Shown here piece by piece: positions 34,398 to 34,658 of a DNA stretch of 34,658 nt (position 1 is its first letter; each line of letters opens with the position of its first letter). Both the position numbers and the translations under genes were made by a program. The notes beneath the pieces were generated by a model that was not told the DNA's origin, made no database searches, and saw only the letters and a list, made by a program, of their open reading frames with translations. This stretch comes from a virus (Duplodnaviria; Caudoviricetes), in IMG/VR virus record IMGVR_UViG_3300011402_000008, positions 1 to 34,658 of that record; one strand, 5' to 3'.

Positions 34398-34658
34398 ATG
34401 TTTTCTTAATGTCCATTAAGGATTTACCAGGTAATGCAAATCCTATGGTGGTTATTAACAAGACAAAGCATACGCGCGGAGTAAAGATTCTATCTAAAAC
34501 GCGAATCGAAGATTTACCTACAGTCATTTTACGAGATACACAAGAAGATGCTGACTGGAGTAAGCAACAACAGATAGCTAAACACCGTGCATTCTCTAAT
34601 CTATTTAGGAGTACTGCCAATGCCAAATCCAAAAACAGGAAAGCCGCAACTGCAAGAC
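34367..34658 (+). CDS. Hypothetical protein (open at the right edge)
   Basis: Manual translation MATKKEGRAVDVFLMSIKDLPG... has no stop before the end. A further AGGAG-ATG start (MPNPKTGK) occurs at 34620. Confidence 0.45.
   Translation, partial: MATKKEGRAVDVFLMSIKDLPGNANPMVVINKTKHTRGVKILSKTRIEDLPTVILRDTQEDADWSKQQQIAKHRAFSNLFRSTANAKSKNRKAATAR

Noticed and set aside
1-34658. Integrase, repressor, reverse transcriptase/DGR, intron or alternative genetic code
   Set aside because: No such motifs seen, and genes read intact under the standard code with TAA, TAG and TGA all used as stops; lifestyle cannot be determined from this window

Overview
A 34.7-kb piece of a tailed dsDNA phage genome with podovirus-like gene content. 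The host is probably Gram-negative, inferred from the lipoproteins and the sigma54-type motifs. There are two divergent arms. The left arm (minus strand, about 19.7 kb down to 1) is the morphogenesis and lysis module: small and large terminase, portal, scaffold, decoration protein, SU10/DUF5309-type major capsid, adaptor, polysaccharide-lyase-like protein, tail fibre, tail/nozzle protein, LamG-like and collagen-like proteins, an M15-type peptidase with lysis-type membrane proteins, and an internal virion protein that runs off the left edge. The right arm (plus strand, 21.9 kb to the end) holds early and replication genes: a RecD/Dda-like helicase fused to a SprT protease, many small ORFs, a PD-(D/E)XK nuclease, a Sak4-like ATPase, an Nmad1-like protein and an SSB-like protein. 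The most striking signals are non-coding. (1) A ~750-nt densely structured RNA region (26931-27688) contains a complete type I hammerhead ribozyme core and several pseudoknots or kissing loops. (2) The control region between the arms has two divergent sigma54-type -24/-12 motifs, three 21-bp-phased palindromic sites, and mirror-symmetric 10-bp-phased TTGTG/CACAA arrays. All calls come from reading the sequence by eye; no searches were run.
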